Positions 9,770 through 18,667 are shown, counted from the first letter of the stretch. The stretch is 64,000 nt of DNA from an uncultured Eubacteriales bacterium (GCA_949001935.1 CARJLX010000001.1:323231-387230), one strand, 5' to 3'. The notes: generated by a model not told the origin, from the letters alone. Numbers and translations: made by a program.

Positions 9770-10304
9770 AGTTTTAGCCTCATTTAAAGGTTTTTGGGAA
9801 AGAATAAAAAAAGTTAAACATATTGAAATATATTTAACGATTATTGTTGCACTTATAATAATTGCTATCTATCTTTCATCATTGGGTTTAGGTTCAAGCA
9901 AACAAACTTCAACAAACGACAAAAATAATCAAAATTCGCCAACCACTTTTTCGACATCTGCGGAATATGTGGACTACCTTGAGAATAAACTAGACAATGT
10001 ATTATCAAGTGTGCAGGGGGCTAGCAATGTTAATGTGATAATAACTCTTGAAAGCGGTTTTGAGTATGAGTATGCAACTGAAGAAGAAACAAAACAAACT
10101 TCAAACGGAAGTGTAACAACTTCAACATTAGTTCTTGTAGACGGCAAACCAGTCGTAGTTAAAGAATATTACCCAACAATAAAAGGCATTGTAGTTGTTG
10201 CAAAAGGTGCAGAAGATGTAAAAGTAAAAATGGACATTCTAACCCTCATCCAGACGGTTATTGAAGTCGAAAACGCCAAGATAACAATTTTGGCAGGAAA
10301 TTAA
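9762..10304 (+). CDS. spoIIIAG: stage III sporulation protein AG
   Basis: A single TM helix is followed by a low-complexity linker and a C-terminal ring-building-like domain (KGIVVVAKGAED). The start is moved to ATG 9762 (MNKVLASF). Confidence 0.7.
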   Translation: MNKVLASFKGFWERIKKVKHIEIYLTIIVALIIIAIYLSSLGLGSSKQTSTNDKNNQNSPTTFSTSAEYVDYLENKLDNVLSSVQGASNVNVIITLESGFEYEYATEEETKQTSNGSVTTSTLVLVDGKPVVVKEYYPTIKGIVVVAKGAEDVKVKMDILTLIQTVIEVENAKITILAGN

Positions 10305-10316
10305 AAGGAGAGAATT

Positions 10317-10787
10317 ATGAAGAAAAGAACAAAAATTATTATTTTAACAGCAATGGTATTACTTCTTGGCGTGACAGGATATTTGAATATCGTACTCAAC
10401 AACAATATTAAACAACCAGACTCAACTCAAACTACAACAAGTTATTTCACTGCATACAGAACCGACAGAGAATCAACTCGTGATCAAGAAATGCTTTACT
10501 ATGATGCAATCATTGGAAATGAAACTTCAACTGAAGAGGCAAAGAAAGCTGCAGAAAGTGCTAGACTTAGCTTAGTTGCTCAAATGGAAAAAGAGCTTGT
10601 TGTGGAAGGTTTAATTAAGGCTAAAGGTTTTGAGGATGCAATTGTAACTATTTCTGGAGCTAATGTTAATGCAATCGTAAAATCTAGTGAACTTAAATCT
10701 ACCGATGTAGCTCAAATTGTTAGTGTAATTCAAACTCAACTCAATATTGACGATATTGACAACATCAAAGTTATACCAGTAGCCTAG
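10317..10787 (+). CDS. spoIIIAH: stage III sporulation protein AH
   Basis: 156 aa with an N-terminal TM helix. Last gene of the array, with the size and layout of SpoIIIAH. SD AAGGAGAG lies upstream. Confidence 0.65.
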   Translation: MKKRTKIIILTAMVLLLGVTGYLNIVLNNNIKQPDSTQTTTSYFTAYRTDRESTRDQEMLYYDAIIGNETSTEEAKKAAESARLSLVAQMEKELVVEGLIKAKGFEDAIVTISGANVNAIVKSSELKSTDVAQIVSVIQTQLNIDDIDNIKVIPVA

Positions 10788-10842
10788 CTGGTGAGGGGAA
10801 CCATATGTTCCACGATTATTTTAACAACTCTAATTTTAAAAT

Positions 10843-10878
10843 AAAGCAGAAGAGATACTATATTTCTTTTGCTTTTTT
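10843..10878 (+). terminator. terminator of the spoIIIA operon
   Basis: AAAGCAGAAG (10843-10852) pairs with CTTTTGCTTT (10866-10875), including one G-U pair. A T run follows. Confidence 0.6.
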
Positions 10879-10914
10879 ATAAGTTAGAAATATTAAAATT
10901 TTCTTTATATTTAA

Positions 10915-10944
10915 TTGCAAAATTATGTTATCTTATGATATAAT
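10915..10944 (+). promoter_or_regulatory. sigmaA-type promoter for asp23-nusB-xseA
   Basis: TTGCAA (10915-10920), an 18-nt spacer, then TG-A-TATAAT (-10 at 10939-10944). Confidence 0.5.
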
Positions 10945-10972
10945 CTAAATAAAGTAAGAATTAGGAGTAATT

Positions 10973-11344
10973 ATGGCAAAAAATAATACACTAACAAACA
11001 AAGGAAAGGTGGATATTGATAGAGATATTTTACTTTCTATTATTAATCTTGCAACCAAAGAAATTAGTGGTGTGGAAAGTTTAACAAATGCATATATGTC
11101 TTGGTTTAAACGCACTTTTACTAAGCCCAAAAGCGAAGGTGTTAATATAAAGTTTGAAGGCAATAATGTTTTAAAAATAGATGTTTATATTCGAGTATAT
11201 GCAGGTGTAAGTGTACCGGACATTGCTTTCCGTGTTCAAGAAAATATTAAAAACAGTCTTGGTTCTATGGTTGGAATAAAACCAGGGAAAATCAATGTAC
11301 ATGTATATGGCGTGAACTGTGATAAAGTGGTAGGTGAAGAATAA
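10973..11344 (+). CDS. Asp23/Gls24 family envelope stress protein
   Basis: 123 aa. GKVDIDRDILLSIINLATKEISGV is the typical Asp23 N-terminus. It precedes nusB, as yqhY does in Bacillus. Confidence 0.8.
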   Translation: MAKNNTLTNKGKVDIDRDILLSIINLATKEISGVESLTNAYMSWFKRTFTKPKSEGVNIKFEGNNVLKIDVYIRVYAGVSVPDIAFRVQENIKNSLGSMVGIKPGKINVHVYGVNCDKVVGEE

Positions 11345-11736
11345 TGAGAAGAGATGCCAGACTTAAGGCCTTTACTCTTGTTTTTGAAAAACTTTTTTCT
11401 CAATGTGACGAATTTGATAGCGAAATGATTGATGAACTTAAGAAAGCTGAAGACAGAGAGTTTGCAAGAGCTATTGTTGAAAAATTTGAAGAAAATAGAA
11501 AAACTCTTCAAATGCTTGTTGAAAATAATTTGAAAGACTACGAAATAGATAGGGTTTACAAAGTTGACCTCGCCATTATCTATACCGCTTTAAGTGAAAT
11601 TGTATATTTAAAGACGCCAACAAAGGTGGCAATCAATGAGGCTCTTGAAATTGCTAAAGTATATTCAACAGAAAAGAGTTCAAAATTTATTCATGGCGTG
11701 TTGTCAGCAATAATAAAAAGTGAAGGACTATGCTAA
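11344..11736 (+). CDS. nusB: transcription antitermination factor NusB
   Basis: 130 aa. MRRDARLKAFTLVFE and the C-terminal FIHGVL block are NusB-like. Its ATG overlaps the asp23 stop codon. Confidence 0.88.
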   Translation: MRRDARLKAFTLVFEKLFSQCDEFDSEMIDELKKAEDREFARAIVEKFEENRKTLQMLVENNLKDYEIDRVYKVDLAIIYTALSEIVYLKTPTKVAINEALEIAKVYSTEKSSKFIHGVLSAIIKSEGLC

Positions 11737-12902
11737 AAACAATAACTGTAAGTCAGTTAAATGGTTATATAAAAGGAATATTTGAAGCTGAGGTACTTCT
11801 CCAAAACATTGATGTGATTGGAGAAGTTTTTGGTATTTCTATATCACGCAATATAATGTATTTTTCTTTACGCGACAATGAAGCTAGCATTCCATGCGTT
11901 TGTTTTTATCCTGCCTTATTTGATAGTATAAAAGAAGGCGAAGAAATGATTGTGACAGGCTCTCCCAATTTTTATTGTAAAGGTGGGAAATTAAGTTTTG
12001 TTGTCACTAAAGTAGAAAAGAATGGACAAGGCAAACTTTATGAAGAGTTTTTAAAACTTAAAGATAAACTTGAAAAAGAAGGTTTATTCAGCGAAAGCCA
12101 CAAAAAACCAATCCCGCAAAACATAAGACGCATAGGCGTGATAACTTCAAGTGAAGGTGCTGTAATACAAGACATAAAGCAAGTTAGTTGGAGAAGAAAT
12201 CCAGGAGTAGACATAGTGCTTTATTCAACACGCGTACAAGGCAAAGGTGCTGAAAATGAGATAGCACACGCTATTGAAGTTATGGGTGAATATGATAAAA
12301 TTGATGTTATCATAGTCGCTCGTGGTGGCGGTTCACTTGAAGATTTGTGGGCTTACAACACCGAAATAGTTGCTAGAGCCACTTATAATTGTCCAAAACC
12401 TATTGTGTCAGCAGTAGGTCATGAAACAGATTTCACAATAATAGATTTTGTAAGTGACCTTAGAGCCTCAACGCCGTCAGTTGCGGCCGAAGTTCTAAAT
12501 GCAAATCTAGAAGAGAAAAAAGAGAACTTAATAACACTTTCTTATAAATTTAAAAATTTATGTTTTGATTTTGTAGAAGATAAAACTCAGAACATTACAG
12601 TTTTACAAAATTACTTGATTAATGCACTTGAAAAGACTATAATAAACTCAAACTCAACTTTAGACAAATTGGCTATGCGTTTTGAAAGGGTGGCAAGTAG
12701 ATTTTTGGAAGAACGCTCTTACAATTTAGGGCTATTAGAAAACTCACTTGCAAAGCTCAATCCAACCGCACTTTTAAAACAAGGCTATGCCAAAGTTGAA
12801 CAATGTGGCAAGCCGATCACCTCAAAAGCGAGTTTAGATTATAATGCCGACTTAGACATTTACTTTGGTGATGGTAAGGTAAGTGCAAAACCAGTAAAAT
12901 AA
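11730..12902 (+). CDS. xseA: exodeoxyribonuclease VII large subunit
   Basis: 390 aa with an N-terminal OB fold (ITVSQLNGYIKGIFE) and the RGGGSLEDLWAYN motif. Confidence 0.9.
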   Translation: MLKTITVSQLNGYIKGIFEAEVLLQNIDVIGEVFGISISRNIMYFSLRDNEASIPCVCFYPALFDSIKEGEEMIVTGSPNFYCKGGKLSFVVTKVEKNGQGKLYEEFLKLKDKLEKEGLFSESHKKPIPQNIRRIGVITSSEGAVIQDIKQVSWRRNPGVDIVLYSTRVQGKGAENEIAHAIEVMGEYDKIDVIIVARGGGSLEDLWAYNTEIVARATYNCPKPIVSAVGHETDFTIIDFVSDLRASTPSVAAEVLNANLEEKKENLITLSYKFKNLCFDFVEDKTQNITVLQNYLINALEKTIINSNSTLDKLAMRFERVASRFLEERSYNLGLLENSLAKLNPTALLKQGYAKVEQCGKPITSKASLDYNADLDIYFGDGKVSAKPVK

Positions 12903-12916
12903 CATGAGGAGAAATT

Positions 12917-13705
12917 ATGAAAGCACCAATAACAGAATTTTTTAATGATGAAGGCTTAATAAATAAAGATTCTTATCGCAAAATGGTTGCGAAAGATTTT
13001 ATTTACCAAGATTTAATCAAAAAATATAATATCGACACCTGCTTAATGATTTTTATCAAAGATAGAGATTTACCAGAAGATATTTTAGAAAAGTGTAAAC
13101 CTTTTTACACTTATACATCGGCAAGCAATGAAAATTGGGCATATATATATGATAACAAATTTATATTGGCTCAATCTCCACTTGGTGGTCCTGCAGCAGC
13201 TGGATTTATGGAGGAACTTGGCTTTCAAGGGATTACAAACTTCTTTGCTTGTGGAAGTGCTGGACAAGTTGACCACAATTTTGATAGTTCAAAATTTGTT
13301 TTAATTGAAAAGTCAATAAGAGATGATGGTATGTCTTATCATTACTTAAAGGCATCAAAATATGTTGAAACTGATAAAAGCTTAACAAACTTCGTTGCAA
13401 ATTATTTAGATAAAACTAATCACAAATACGAACTTACAACAAGTTGGTGTAACGATGCATTTTTTAGAGAAACTCCAAAGGCAATAGAAAGAAGAGTTAA
13501 GCAAGGTGCAGTTAGTGTTGAAATGGAAAGTGCTGGTTGGAGTGCAGTTGCCAAATTTAGAGGATACAAATTTGCTCAATTATTATATTTTAGTGACGCA
13601 GTCAAACAAGAAGGTTGGGAACATAAACCTGATAGAAAAGAATTAAAAATCCTAATTATCAGATTGATGATTGATTGCATTAAAGAATTTGTTAAGAATA
13701 AGTAA
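12917..13705 (+). CDS. nucleoside phosphorylase family protein (PNP/UDP-1 superfamily)
   Basis: 262 aa. GSAGQV and VEMESAG blocks are characteristic of the PNP_UDP_1 fold. Substrate is unknown. Confidence 0.6.
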   Translation: MKAPITEFFNDEGLINKDSYRKMVAKDFIYQDLIKKYNIDTCLMIFIKDRDLPEDILEKCKPFYTYTSASNENWAYIYDNKFILAQSPLGGPAAAGFMEELGFQGITNFFACGSAGQVDHNFDSSKFVLIEKSIRDDGMSYHYLKASKYVETDKSLTNFVANYLDKTNHKYELTTSWCNDAFFRETPKAIERRVKQGAVSVEMESAGWSAVAKFRGYKFAQLLYFSDAVKQEGWEHKPDRKELKILIIRLMIDCIKEFVKNK

Positions 13706-13746
13706 TTTATATTTTATTTCCCCGTAAGGGAAAAGAAAATGTTAAG

Positions 13747-13781
13747 TTTTCTTTTGCTTCTTTTCTTCAAAAGAAAAGAAG
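13747..13781 (+). repeat. Py/Pu hairpin element (family 1)
   Basis: TTTTCTTTTG is followed by CTTCTTTTCTT-CAA-AAGAAAAGAAG (11-bp arms, 13757-13781). It ends 20 nt before the proS ATG. The ORF track translates it as a spurious N-terminal extension. Confidence 0.9.
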
Positions 13782-13801
13782 AGAATAAACAGGAGGAAAA
13801 T

Positions 13802-15502
13802 ATGAGATTAAGCCATATGGTTAGTGAAAGAACAAAGGATGTTCCACAAGGAGCTAATGTTAAAAGTCATATATTGCTAGTTAGAGCAGGATATATAAAA
13901 CAAGTTAGTAATGGAATATATACTCTTTTGCCACCAGCCCAAAGAATAAGCCAAAAAATACAAAAAATCATTAGAGAAGAAATGGATAAAGTGGGCGGAC
14001 AAGAAGTTTTGTTCCCTGTTGTTATGCCACGCGAAATGTGGGACAAAAGCGGAAGATATAGTTCCATCGGCGAGGAAATGGTTCGCTTTAAAGATAGAGC
14101 AGGGCGTGACATGCTTTTAGGCATGACGCATGAAGAAGCAGCAGTTCATGCCTGCCAAAATATCATTAAAAGCTATGACCAACTTCCATTCATGATTTAT
14201 CAAATCCAAACAAAGTTTCGTGATGAGGCAAGACCACGTGCCGGACTTATTCGTGTGAAAGAATTTACAATGAAAGACGCGTACTCTTTCCATACCTCTT
14301 ATGAAGATTTGGAAAAATATTATAATGAAGTATTTGAAGCATACAATCGCATTTATACTCGTATTGGCATGAAAAACTTTATATCTGTAAAATCAGATAG
14401 CGGAATGATGGGCGGCTCTTATGCTCATGAATTTCACCTTTTGACAGATATCGGTGAAGATAGTATTGTTATTTGTCCTCATTGTGACGCTCGTGCAAAT
14501 ATGGAAGTTGCAAACTCTGTTTATGAAATGCCAAAGTTTGAAGACTCTCCTTTAAAAGAGGTTTTTACAGGTAAAGCAAAGACTATTGAAGAGGTTTGCG
14601 AATTTTTAAAGGTTAAACCAAATCAAACAATGAAAGCAGTTTGCTACGCTATCGTTGGTGACGATAAACGCACTGTTGTTGCTTTTGTTCGTGGCGACAA
14701 AGAAATTAATGAAGCCAAACTTAAAAAAGCTGTAGGGGCAGAAGTTGCCGTAAAAGATCTTGAAGGAAGTGACCTTGTGAAAGGCAATATTGGCCCTGTT
14801 GGACTTAAGGGCAAGAATTTGACTATAGTGTTTGATAATAGCCTTAAAAATCTTTGTGGCTTAGTTTGTGGGGCTAATAAAGATGAATATCACTTAACTG
14901 GCGTAAATATGGCAAGAGATATTAAACCAGAAAACTATGTAGACATTTCAAAGGTAAATGAAGGGGAACTTTGTCCTCATTGTGGTAAACCACTCACTAT
15001 TAAACGAGGAATTGAAATAGGAAATATCTTCCAACTTGGCACAAAATATACTAAATCTATGGGAATGACAGTTCATATGCCTGATGGAAGTTTAATCAAT
15101 CCTATAATGGGGTGTTATGGGATTGGAGTAGGTCGTTCGCTTGCATCCATTGCCGAAGAAAGTGCAGATGATAAGGGTTTAAACTGGCCTATGGCTATTG
15201 CTCCTTGGCAAATTTATCTTTGCCCACTTCGAAATGATGATGAAAATGTGGCTAAAGTAGCAGAACAACTATATAAATCACTTTCTCAAAATTTTGAGGT
15301 AATTTATGATGATCGCAAAGTATCAGCAGGTGTTAAATTAACAGATAGCGAACTTATGGGTATTCCTATTAGAGTAGTTGTAAGCCCAAGAAGTTTGTCT
15401 GAAAATCAAGCAGAAATAACTATTCGTTCAACTGGCGAAAAGATTATGATTGCGTTAACCGACCTTGAAAACAAACTTAAAGAACTTTGTAAAATAGATT
15501 AA
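13802..15502 (+). CDS. proS: proline--tRNA ligase
   Basis: Class II synthetase motifs are present (FRDEARPRAGLIRVKEF, GCYGIGVGR) along with a central editing-domain insert. The start is moved to ATG 13802, behind ACAGGAGG. Confidence 0.93.
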   Translation: MRLSHMVSERTKDVPQGANVKSHILLVRAGYIKQVSNGIYTLLPPAQRISQKIQKIIREEMDKVGGQEVLFPVVMPREMWDKSGRYSSIGEEMVRFKDRAGRDMLLGMTHEEAAVHACQNIIKSYDQLPFMIYQIQTKFRDEARPRAGLIRVKEFTMKDAYSFHTSYEDLEKYYNEVFEAYNRIYTRIGMKNFISVKSDSGMMGGSYAHEFHLLTDIGEDSIVICPHCDARANMEVANSVYEMPKFEDSPLKEVFTGKAKTIEEVCEFLKVKPNQTMKAVCYAIVGDDKRTVVAFVRGDKEINEAKLKKAVGAEVAVKDLEGSDLVKGNIGPVGLKGKNLTIVFDNSLKNLCGLVCGANKDEYHLTGVNMARDIKPENYVDISKVNEGELCPHCGKPLTIKRGIEIGNIFQLGTKYTKSMGMTVHMPDGSLINPIMGCYGIGVGRSLASIAEESADDKGLNWPMAIAPWQIYLCPLRNDDENVAKVAEQLYKSLSQNFEVIYDDRKVSAGVKLTDSELMGIPIRVVVSPRSLSENQAEITIRSTGEKIMIALTDLENKLKELCKID

Positions 15503-15511
15503 AATATCTTG

Positions 15512-15550
15512 TTGACTAGTCACTCTTTTAGACTAGTATGTTATTATAAT
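15512..15550 (+). repeat. intergenic motif family 2, short form (two GACTAGT copies)
   Basis: TTGACTAGTCACTCTTTTAGACTAGTATGTTATTATAAT. GACTAGT occurs at 15514 and 15531. TAGACTAGTATG is shared with 53787-53798. Confidence 0.55.
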
Positions 15551-15595
15551 ATAACTAAAACAGAATAGCCAAGAAAAATAAATAAAGGAAAAAAA

Positions 15596-15805
15596 ATGGA
15601 AGAAAAATTGACATATGAACAAGCAAGCAAGGAACTTGAAGAAATCGTTGCAAAACTTGAAAACGGCAATCTACCAATGGCAGAAGCAGTTAAAGCCTTT
15701 GAGCGTGGTCAAGAACTTGTTAAATTTTGTTTTGGTGAACTTGATACTGCTAAAGGAAAACTAACCATTATTAAAGAAGAACTTGGCAAATTGATAGAGG
15801 AATAA
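15596..15805 (+). CDS. xseB: exodeoxyribonuclease VII small subunit
   Basis: 69 aa. TYEQASKELEEIVAKLENGNLPMAEAVKAFERG is canonical XseB. Confidence 0.9.
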   Translation: MEEKLTYEQASKELEEIVAKLENGNLPMAEAVKAFERGQELVKFCFGELDTAKGKLTIIKEELGKLIEE

Positions 15806-16528
15806 GTGAAACAAAACAGAAAAGCATTTTACTTTAAACTAATTGCAAGTATTTTATTTGCAATTCTTGTTTTTGGTATGTATTTATATGCCAATATTGA
15901 GGGTGATATAAGAGTAGGCGAATACAAAAATATACTATGTTATGCATGTATTATCGCCTGCTTTATTTTTTCATTGTTATTTATAAAAAAAAATACAAAA
16001 AAAATATTAATAACTATCGCACTTGCTTTGAATGTTGTTGCAGATTATTTTTTAGTTTTAACTTTATCTTATAAAACTCAACTTATAGGTGTTTGTATAT
16101 TTTGTTTTATTCAATTTGCTTACGCTTTATATACCATTTATTTAACTAAAAATGTTTGGCTAAAACTTCTCAATGTAGTTATTCGTGTAGTAGTAACAGT
16201 TGTTGCATATTTTGTTATTCAACATTTTCTTCATCTTGAAACTGTGGAAATAATTTCTTTGCTTTATGCAATTAATTGTTTTATCACAGTCGTTGTTTTG
16301 CTGTTCTATATAAAAACTGAATGGCTATTATTTTTAGGCTTATTACTTTTGCTCATTTGTGATATATTTGTAGGTTTACAATATGGAGCAGTCGACATTT
16401 TAGGTATAACAGGGTGGTTTTTAAATATAATAGAGAATTATGATATTGCTTTTATATGTTATATACCTGCTGAATTTCTAATCGCTCTTTCTTCAGTATG
16501 GAGCAGAAAGCAAAAATTAAAAAATTAA
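15806..16528 (+). CDS. polytopic membrane protein, function unknown (possibly YhhN-like)
   Basis: 240 aa with about 7-8 hydrophobic helices. The GTG start lies directly after the xseB stop, with GAGGAA upstream. The family guess is weak. Confidence 0.5.
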   Translation: MKQNRKAFYFKLIASILFAILVFGMYLYANIEGDIRVGEYKNILCYACIIACFIFSLLFIKKNTKKILITIALALNVVADYFLVLTLSYKTQLIGVCIFCFIQFAYALYTIYLTKNVWLKLLNVVIRVVVTVVAYFVIQHFLHLETVEIISLLYAINCFITVVVLLFYIKTEWLLFLGLLLLLICDIFVGLQYGAVDILGITGWFLNIIENYDIAFICYIPAEFLIALSSVWSRKQKLKN

Positions 16529-16564
16529 CCTCATACATATAGTCTTCGCTTAATAAAATACTCT

Positions 16565-17158
16565 ATGAGAAATGATAAAAAACGAACAATAAAAATTCAA
16601 GGCGTTAAAGATAAACCTAATTATAAATGGGCATTTCAAACCCTTATTTTATCTATAAGTTTGTCAATTATGTTTGGGCTTTTGAGTCAAACCTTGCTTT
16701 CAAAACTAGGTGTGGCTATGGCAATAGTCGGCATTTGCGTTTTCATCTTTTTAAGTGTGGTTTTTGATATGTTTGGCATTGCAGTTGCCTCTGCCGATGA
16801 AGAAAAGTTTTTGCAGTGGCGTAAAGAGGGTGTATTTGGCGCAAGTGCTGGACTTCATCTTTGCGAGAACTCTGAGAAGGTTTGTTGCCTTTGTGCAGAT
16901 GTAGTTGGAGATATTTGTTCAACTCTCTGCGGTGCAGGTGGTGCTTGCGTTGTAGTAGCACTCACACAACACTTACAAAATCCAAATATTGTGCTTTTTA
17001 TCTCAACACTGGTCAGTGCAATCATTGCAGGACTAACTATCTTTTTTAAAGCCATTATGAAAGAATATGCCATAACAAACTCAAACAAACTAATTCTTTT
17101 TATAGGTAAAGTTTTAGAAAAAAGATTATTAAAGAAAAGAAAAAAAAGTGCAAAGTAA
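16565..17158 (+). CDS. Cys-rich membrane protein, function unknown
   Basis: 197 aa with about four TM helices and a cluster CENSEKVCCLCADVVGDICSTLCGAGGAC. No clear SD, so the start is uncertain. Confidence 0.45.
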   Translation: MRNDKKRTIKIQGVKDKPNYKWAFQTLILSISLSIMFGLLSQTLLSKLGVAMAIVGICVFIFLSVVFDMFGIAVASADEEKFLQWRKEGVFGASAGLHLCENSEKVCCLCADVVGDICSTLCGAGGACVVVALTQHLQNPNIVLFISTLVSAIIAGLTIFFKAIMKEYAITNSNKLILFIGKVLEKRLLKKRKKSAK

Positions 17159-17249
17159 ACTTTCTTATAAAGTTTTTTTGCAAATATTTATTTTTATAAA
17201 TTGATAATGTTAAATTTTTGATATTATATAAAAAACTTTGTAAAAACAG

Positions 17250-17278
17250 TTGACAAAGATGTTTTATTATGATAATAT
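17250..17278 (+). promoter_or_regulatory. sigmaA-type promoter of the infC-rpmI-rplT operon
   Basis: TTGACA (17250-17255), a 17-nt spacer, then TAATAT (17273-17278). Confidence 0.6.
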
Positions 17279-17284
17279 ATCGTC

Positions 17285-17440
17285 AGAAAGTAGAAATTTC
17301 CATTTCTCACCAGTCGCAATTGGGCGTACTTGGTAATAACTTAATATATGATGCATTCTTTTTGTCATTTTTTTTGATAAATAGATAATGCTTTATGATA
17401 TTTTGTTTGGTGGAAATTATGCTTCCACCAAATTTTTATT
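17285..17440 (+). promoter_or_regulatory. probable L20 (rplT) ribosomal-protein leader with terminator/attenuator
   Basis: A 170-nt untranslated leader ends in hairpin TGGTGGAA (17408-17415) / TTCCACCA (17423-17430) followed by AATTTTTATT. Firmicute infC operons are known to use an L20-sensing attenuator. The sequence was not matched to a covariance model. Confidence 0.5.
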
Positions 17441-17458
17441 TAAAAGGGGATTACAACA

Positions 17459-17971
17459 ATTTTTAAGGAATTATTAATCAACGAACAAATTAACGCAAGC
17501 GAAGTTCGCTTAATTGACGAAAATGGCACTCAGGCTGGTGTAGTTTCTTACAATGAAGCTATGCGTATGGCTGAAGAAAAAGGTCTTGACCTTGTTATGA
17601 TGGCAGGAGCTTCAAAACCGCCAGTTTGCAGACTTTTAAACTATGGTAAGTTTAAATATGACGCACTCAAAAAAGATAAAGAGATTAAAAAAGCTCAAAA
17701 GATAGTTGAAACGAAGGAAGTTCATCTTTCAATGACTATTAATGAACATGATATTGCTTATCGTGTGACAAGTGCTGTTAAATTTCTTCAAAATGGTGAT
17801 AAGGTTAAAATTGCTCTTCGTATGAAGGGGCGTGAACAAGCTTACGCAAACAAAGGTGTTGAGATTGTTAAAGAGTTCGCTGGTCGTTTAAGCGAATACG
17901 GCAGTCTTGATAAAGAGCCTGAAAAAATGGGCAGAAATATTTTTGCTGTTGTAAACCCAAAAAAGAATTAA
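17459..17971 (+). CDS. infC: translation initiation factor IF-3 (ATT start)
   Basis: The frame is open from 17444. IFKELLINEQINASEVRLIDENG matches the IF-3 N-terminus upstream of the first ATG (17561). ATT 17459 lies 8 nt after SD AAAGGGGA. A non-canonical AUU start is the established infC autoregulatory feature. Confidence 0.8.
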   Translation: MFKELLINEQINASEVRLIDENGTQAGVVSYNEAMRMAEEKGLDLVMMAGASKPPVCRLLNYGKFKYDALKKDKEIKKAQKIVETKEVHLSMTINEHDIAYRVTSAVKFLQNGDKVKIALRMKGREQAYANKGVEIVKEFAGRLSEYGSLDKEPEKMGRNIFAVVNPKKN

Positions 17972-17991
17972 ACAAAAGGAGATAAAAGGTT

Positions 17992-18186
17992 ATGCCAAAA
18001 CAAAAAACACACAGTGGTGCTAAAAAGCGTTTCCACGTAACAGCAAACGGAGATGTTAAGTTTGCTAGACCAGGAAAAGGTCACTTCTTGACAAACAAGA
18101 AAAAAGACAGAAAGAGAAAATTAAGAAAGGGTTCATATATTGCAGGAAAGAATGCAAACAACATCAAAACCCTTTTGGGCAAATAA
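17992..18186 (+). CDS. rpmI: 50S ribosomal protein L35
   Basis: 64 aa. MPKQKTHSGAKKRF is canonical L35. Confidence 0.95.
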   Translation: MPKQKTHSGAKKRFHVTANGDVKFARPGKGHFLTNKKKDRKRKLRKGSYIAGKNANNIKTLLGK

Positions 18187-18201
18187 GAGGAGGAATGACA
18201 C

Positions 18202-18546
18202 ATGAGAATTAAAAGAGGTGTTAACGCTGCTAAAAAGCGTCGTGCAGTTTTAAAAAGTGCAAAAGGGTATCGTGGAGCAAAATCTAAACTTTATAGAGTA
18301 GCACGCGAACAAGTTATGAAATCTGGTCAATATGCTTACATTGGCCGTAAACAAAAGAAGAGAGATTTCCGTGCTCTTTGGATCACAAGAATAAATGCTG
18401 CTTGCAGACTTAACGGAATTTCTTATTCAAAATTTATTAATGGCTTAAAGGTTAAAGGAATTGACCTTAACAGAAAAGTTCTTGCTGATATGGCAGTTCG
18501 CCAACCAGAATCTTTCACAGCACTTGTAAACCAAGTTAAAGCTTAA
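18202..18546 (+). CDS. rplT: 50S ribosomal protein L20
   Basis: 114 aa. [26 protein letters not shown] is canonical L20. Confidence 0.95.
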   Translation: MRIKRGVNAAKKRRAVLKSAKGYRGAKSKLYRVAREQVMKSGQYAYIGRKQKKRDFRALWITRINAACRLNGISYSKFINGLKVKGIDLNRKVLADMAVRQPESFTALVNQVKA

Positions 18547-18558
18547 ATTATTTTTTCT

Positions 18559-18591
18559 CTTCTTTTCTAGAAAGAAAAGAAGCAAAAGAAA
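18559..18591 (-). repeat. Py/Pu hairpin element (family 1), reverse orientation
   Basis: CTTCTTTTCT-AGAA-AGAAAAGAAG (18559-18582) is followed by CAAAAGAAA, the reverse complement of the usual 5' flank. It lies 13 nt after the rplT stop. Confidence 0.85.
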
Positions 18592-18598
18592 TCTAATT

Positions 18599-18667
18599 TG
18601 ACGCTTGAATAAATTGACTTTAAAATAGATTTCTACTATTTACTTATTACAATTTATTCAAGCGTCA
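18599..18667 (+). terminator. long hairpin, probable terminator of the infC operon
   Basis: A perfect 18-bp stem, TGACGCTTGAATAAATTG (18599-18616) with CAATTTATTCAAGCGTCA (18650-18667), encloses a 33-nt loop. A T-rich tract follows. Confidence 0.6.

Noticed and set aside
13739-13801. N-terminal extensions in the ORF track: proS from 13739, yhbY to 62819, the methyltransferase from 18787, and others.
   Set aside because: The extra residues (for example MLSFLLLLFFKRKEENK) are translations of the Py/Pu hairpin repeats. The conserved protein N-termini start at downstream ATGs that have proper SD sequences.
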